Shown piece after piece: positions 49,616 through 54,350 of a DNA stretch of 54,350 bases. Under the pieces are notes generated by a model. It saw nothing but the letters and a program-made list of their open reading frames with translations, had not been told where the DNA came from and did not search any database. The first letter of the stretch is position 1. Each line of letters starts with the position of its first letter. The stretch is from Halocafeteria seosinensis (Eukaryota), in the NCBI GenBank assembly GCA_001687465.1, contig LVLI01000315.1, forward strand, positions 1 through 54,350. The letters run 5' to 3'. A program made the translations under genes and the position numbers.

Positions 49616-52600
49616 TCACATTACCAGCCAGTAAGTCTTCGGTGTATCAGTAGTGCTTGATGATTCTATATGCCTCTCAACGAAATGGAACTCATTCAGT
49701 TTATACAGTGCAACCGCATCTTCCGACACTTGGATTTTATTCCTCCGGCTTTGATGCTCCAGCTTCCCAACATAACTCATTGTCTTACCGAAGACGTGGA
49801 ATCGTGGTCGAAGTCGTCCCAGGACTCCGGAAACTGCTTTACCAGCATGCACTCCAATTCGAATGCCTACGTTATGCCGGGTGTATGCTTCAAAATCTTC
49901 AACAATCTGTACTATCCGTTTTGCACAGTGTAAAATTCTCTCAGTTAAATGAGCACGATCAACTTCGTCCACCAAACCCCCGACGACAACGTAAGCATCG
50001 CCAATTGTGTCCATTTTCCATAGCCCCTCGCCGTTGATGACGTCATCGAATTGAGAGTACAAATTATCTAACACTAGTCTCACCCGTGATGGATCCAATT
50101 TCGAGCAGAGCGAAGTGAAACTGCAAAAAAAGAAAGCATGAACTTAGTGCTCGGAACGCGACGTGTCACTCGGTGTAACGTCTATGAACTTACCCGACAA
50201 GGTCGGCTTGCAATACCACAAGATCGTTATTATGCTCTTGGAACGGCATTCTAAGATCTCTTTTCAAACGGGAGATTACGATATCCGGATACAATTGAGT
50301 CAGTGCCAAATCCGACTGGAATTTCGCGTGAGTCGATGCACATTGCCTAACAAAAGAGCAACGGAACTTCACGTCTTGCAAGTAACCATTCATCGTTGCA
50401 TTATATGCTGTGCTTAGCAAGCAGTATATACCCATCCAGAATAATAACCTTGGAGCTTCATGAAAATACCATGTTGGATACTGAACACACACGAAGAATA
50501 GCACCCCAACAGTGTGAGTGGTAAACTGAGACGCCGACGTGGGAGGAAATACTTGAAAAACCGACAAGAGGACGGTGGGTAAAGCAAGGGAGTGCAGAAA
50601 AGTTTCTCCTGGAGAATGCAAAGGATGCAATTTTCCCAACACGATTTGATCTGCTAATGAAAATGCCACAATAGTCAGCCACGCAAACATTGTCATCCAG
50701 GAGCTGAAACGAGAGAGCACTTTGACGAAACACGGCTTCCATTCTAGCCATTCGCAAGAAGTCCTTCTGTTGTCGGTGGTGACCCCTTGATACATTTCTC
50801 CACCCGCAAGGCGGGTATCGAATCGGTCCCCATCTACGTTGTTCTGCTGCAAATACGAGAATTTCTCGAGCATGAGATGCATGTACACAACTCCGCCCCC
50901 CACAGCTACAGAAATGAGTGCAAACATCCACGGGTGGTCTTGTAATCCCTGGCTATAAATGGAAAGGCAGCACACCAATAAGCATAGCAGCCAGCCAGCA
51001 CCTTTTCTAGTGATTCGATAAACTGTAGCATCTTCGTTCCTTTGGTAAACGTGTTCGACACGTGCATGGCCAAACCGGAGCCCCTGGTAGAACGGACTGA
51101 AGAGACTTGATGTTAGAATACTTGAGGCTGAAAACAGCTGCCTTTTTAACACCGACATCAGAGCAGACGCACTCTTTGTCACTGCTGCTTCATTTTCTAC
51201 CTTATCTTCCGCTCGATCGTACACGGCATCCGTAGTGGTATGTTGAAACCATTTCACGTTTTGCTGATCATCCCCACCTGCCGATCCGTCACTATGGTCA
51301 AAGAATTTTGAAACAAAGTTTCTTAAGTAGGAATCTTCGATTTGATGCATGTAATACCCTTTCCGGGGAAATACTATAGACGGACTCAACGTCTTGTACG
51401 ATTCGAAAGCTTGCTCCAGAGGAATCTCAAGTAGGGTTGTCACCGCCAAGAACGTCTTCTGCGCTTGCTCTAATTTTGAGCAAGTAAAGCGACTCTTGCT
51501 CTCAAAACCATAGGATGGTGACTCAGTGCCAGTTAGGTTGCTGTTCGACGATCCGGAAGACAGTAGGCCGAAATCGTGATCTAAGGACTCCTGTGGCCCC
51601 ACGAGTGTTCCATCTTTTAGCGGATGGTAAAGAGTCTCCCAACTCTCAGATCGATCAACGCAAAATCGGTAGCATATGCAGTCTCCTTTTCCCTTCAAAA
51701 AGCACGTCTTCCTCTCCACCGGGACAAACGGCACTGCACAGTCATTGGTACGTATAGATAGTTCCAGAGGAGGAGACCCCAGTCCCTTTCTGTAAAACTC
51801 TTCAGAAACCAGAACTTCGCCAGCATTAGCGCTCGATGCAAACCGTGAAGCAGTATTTACAGCATCGCCGAATATTCGGAAAAACGTCCGTGTCTTTCCA
51901 CAACTCCCTGCATAAGACAATCCCGTCGGTAGATATTTCGGCTGCGACTATTCGCCCAAGACAATATCATACCAGTTGCTACAGGGCCACAGTGTAGCCC
52001 AATTTTGAGTTTCCATGACTCTAGCATATTTTCATTAAAAATTAGCCCCCGATTCTGTAAGATACTCCGTCTGAAACCCTTTTCAATATCGTCGCACAGC
52101 TCCACGGCCTCCATACAAAATGAAATCAATGCTTCCGCATGATTCGAGCAGTCCTGCATGAGGTTGGGCGTAAATAACTAACACGAGCACTCGCTGTTGT
52201 TAAATGGACTTACGAAAGGAATGCCAGAGGCCACAAGATAACATCCGCCGATGCTCTCTACTTTGTAAACCTTCGAATGAGCTAAGACCAGTTCGTCCAA
52301 CTGGCAGTATAATCGATGGATTTTGTACATAGCCTCTAATGAGTTCTCTGCTCCCTCACAACGTAAAGAACCAAAGTGTTATAGAAAGCTACGGGGTCGT
52401 TTGCTGCCAATTGAGACTTACCGGAAGAAGACATGATTCTGTCATAATCAGGGATGTAGAAAAAAGCCAGGCTCACCATACTATGAGTACGTGTACGCAC
52501 GTTTCCCACCATAAGTTCGTGAGCAATGTCTCGAGGCATTGCCAAAGTTAACAATTCTTCAGAGCTGATGCAGGCCAGTTGCAACCGCTTTCGTTGGACG

Positions 52601-53397
52601 AAAGAGGTCCAGTCATCGTGAAGTCTAAGATGTGAGCCATACATGTTGGTAGCTGAAACTATCGTGAACGGTATGGCGGCACGTAAGTATTCCCAAACGG
52701 ATACATATACATAAGAAAGTTGGCCATCATACATTAGCGAAGCAAAGCCCATCGCATGACACGCCAACGCCAAGGCGACGAAGAGAAATATATGCTGCTC
52801 GGGATTTTGCAGAAGCAAGCGCCCGTTTGACAGTATAATCAGCAAAAATTGCGTTTGGTGGGCTCCAAGTATTTCCGATGAAAATGTTGATCCCTCGCTT
52901 AAGAACGTTTCCTTGCTAAAAACGTTGTACTGTCGATTCAAAATGTCAGAACCTACTCCTTCGGCGAAGTGCAGAATGGCGAACGCCGTGACCCCTAATG
53001 TGACCCAGCTCGAATATGCACGCCCACATACGCCGTACCGCACTGTTGCTATATTAAAGCCAAAGAATGCGAGCATCATCGCCTTGATGGATAACGTCCA
53101 GTAGAAAAGCGGATATGCTTCTGTATCATACGCAATTATTACTTGCGTCACAACTGCCACCACTGACCACTCAACAAACATCTTCATCAAGAGTTGCTCG
53201 GCAAACGGTCGATTATCATCTTCTCTCTGTTGAATGAATTCTTCCCATAAAGTACTCTTGCAAGCCTCCTTTGAATATGTGGTTCCTGGAATAGCAGTTC
53301 CACTACTGACTCGAGTTCGCCTGCGCGGTTGTCGCCGCTCCTGCAGTTCACGAGCCTCGCCACTACAGGCCGCCATTGCGCCAACTGTATCTGCCAT
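49616..53397 (-). CDS. Membrane class III nucleotidyl cyclase with two TM clusters and two cyclase domains, paralog 2, 5 exons
   Basis: Colinear with 17033-20763: WEEF, LHFAEGV, FVQRKRLQL..I..EELLTL.MPRD.AHELM, YKVESIGGCY, KIGLHCGPV, FFRIFGDAVNTASR, ADLVG|FT, WKMDTIGDAY, RPRFHVFGKT. Confidence 0.9.
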
Positions 53398-54278
53398 GTC
53401 TTTCCTCCAAACAAAGCTAGTCCTGGGATATCATTCCGTCTCCTCGATCCCTTGAAAAACTAAATCTTCGAACCGGATGCGCAAAATCTGCGCTGGATGT
53501 TGGGCGCTCGTTCACCTGGGTCTAGTACACACCTCACCTGGCGTATGCCTCTGCCCGTAGATCTCCACGAGACTGAAGAGCGTTATATCTGCACTGTATA
53601 GTAGGATGGGTGCAAAATGAGAGCTCCAGTAACTCAAAACCCACGGCAGAACACACACAAAAGCAATCACCTACCTCCCCACCTTGGCGACCCACTGGTA
53701 TCTCTCGTTCAACCCAACAGCAACTATTGCTCCCACTGGGGGTACGCGTACTGTCCAGATGTGTACTTGTCACAGAGCTATTCGCTGAACAAACAAATCA
53801 GGCAGCATGTCTTGTTGTACCGATAGAATCCAGAAGCATGACACAGTGTCGACCTTCGGGCGTGTGTAACTTACCGTCCAGCCCGTTATATCCGTACTCG
53901 TAATACGGCGGTCGTAACCACGGTGTCACAACAGAGAACCCACCAATGCAACGACCACAGCAGCTGCTGCGGCAGATTTGCTTGATAAGTGTATGAAACA
54001 TACTATCTTGAATTGTACATAGACAGTGGAGTGTATTCAGTCAAATGCCACCAAGCACCGAGTACTCCCGAACTCCGTCGGACTCAAAGTCCGGATGTTC
54101 TCTAGTATTACGTCGCCGGTGAGGCTATCAGAACACACACATACCACATCGAAGTTGAACAATTCGCTTGGAGTGTTGAGATAAAGTTCGAACATCTCTT
54201 GCTACCAGGTCGTGTTGCCAAACTAGCGGTTCCTCGTGTTCCACAGTCTGGACCGTCGGGTCATGAGTCATGACCTCA

Positions 54279-54335
<57 letters not shown>
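54279..54335. repeat. Compound microsatellite (AT)7(GT)~21 next to an N
   Basis: Seen directly in the sequence. Confidence 0.95.
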
Positions 54336-54350
54336 NACCATAGGCTATAT

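Noticed and set aside
1..54350. Prokaryotic systems (CRISPR arrays, operons), tRNA or rRNA genes
   Set aside because: The sequence is intron-containing eukaryotic DNA; I saw no repeat-spacer array or recognisable structured RNA gene.

Overview
Gene-dense eukaryotic DNA with short GT-AG introns (mostly about 40-100 nt). It is most likely a flagellated protist; SAR/stramenopile-like affinity is my inference only. Housekeeping genes I could reconstruct across introns: MBF1, DAD1/OST2, SEC13, FPP synthase, PIG-P, PIG-H, NMD3, TIM10, an SDS22-type LRR protein, MSH3, TMEM184, a Ulp1/SENP protease, GET3/ASNA1 and CGR1/CCDC86. The window also holds a roughly 2,300-aa orphan gene and a protein with four AP2 domains. 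Three things stand out. (1) A Crinkler/RHS-type (CR) gene with a header + NTPase-like + restriction-endonuclease-like layout lies between a UDP-glucuronate 4-epimerase gene and a scrambled three-piece (+/-/+) duplicate of that epimerase locus. (2) Two paralogous multi-TM class III nucleotidyl cyclases have their catalytic halves in reverse order relative to mammalian adenylyl cyclases and share an unusual Glu/Arg specificity pair. (3) A degenerate RLE-type (CRE-like) non-LTR retrotransposon 3' end forms a 380-bp inverted repeat at the window start. All family calls are motif recognition by eye; no database searches were run.
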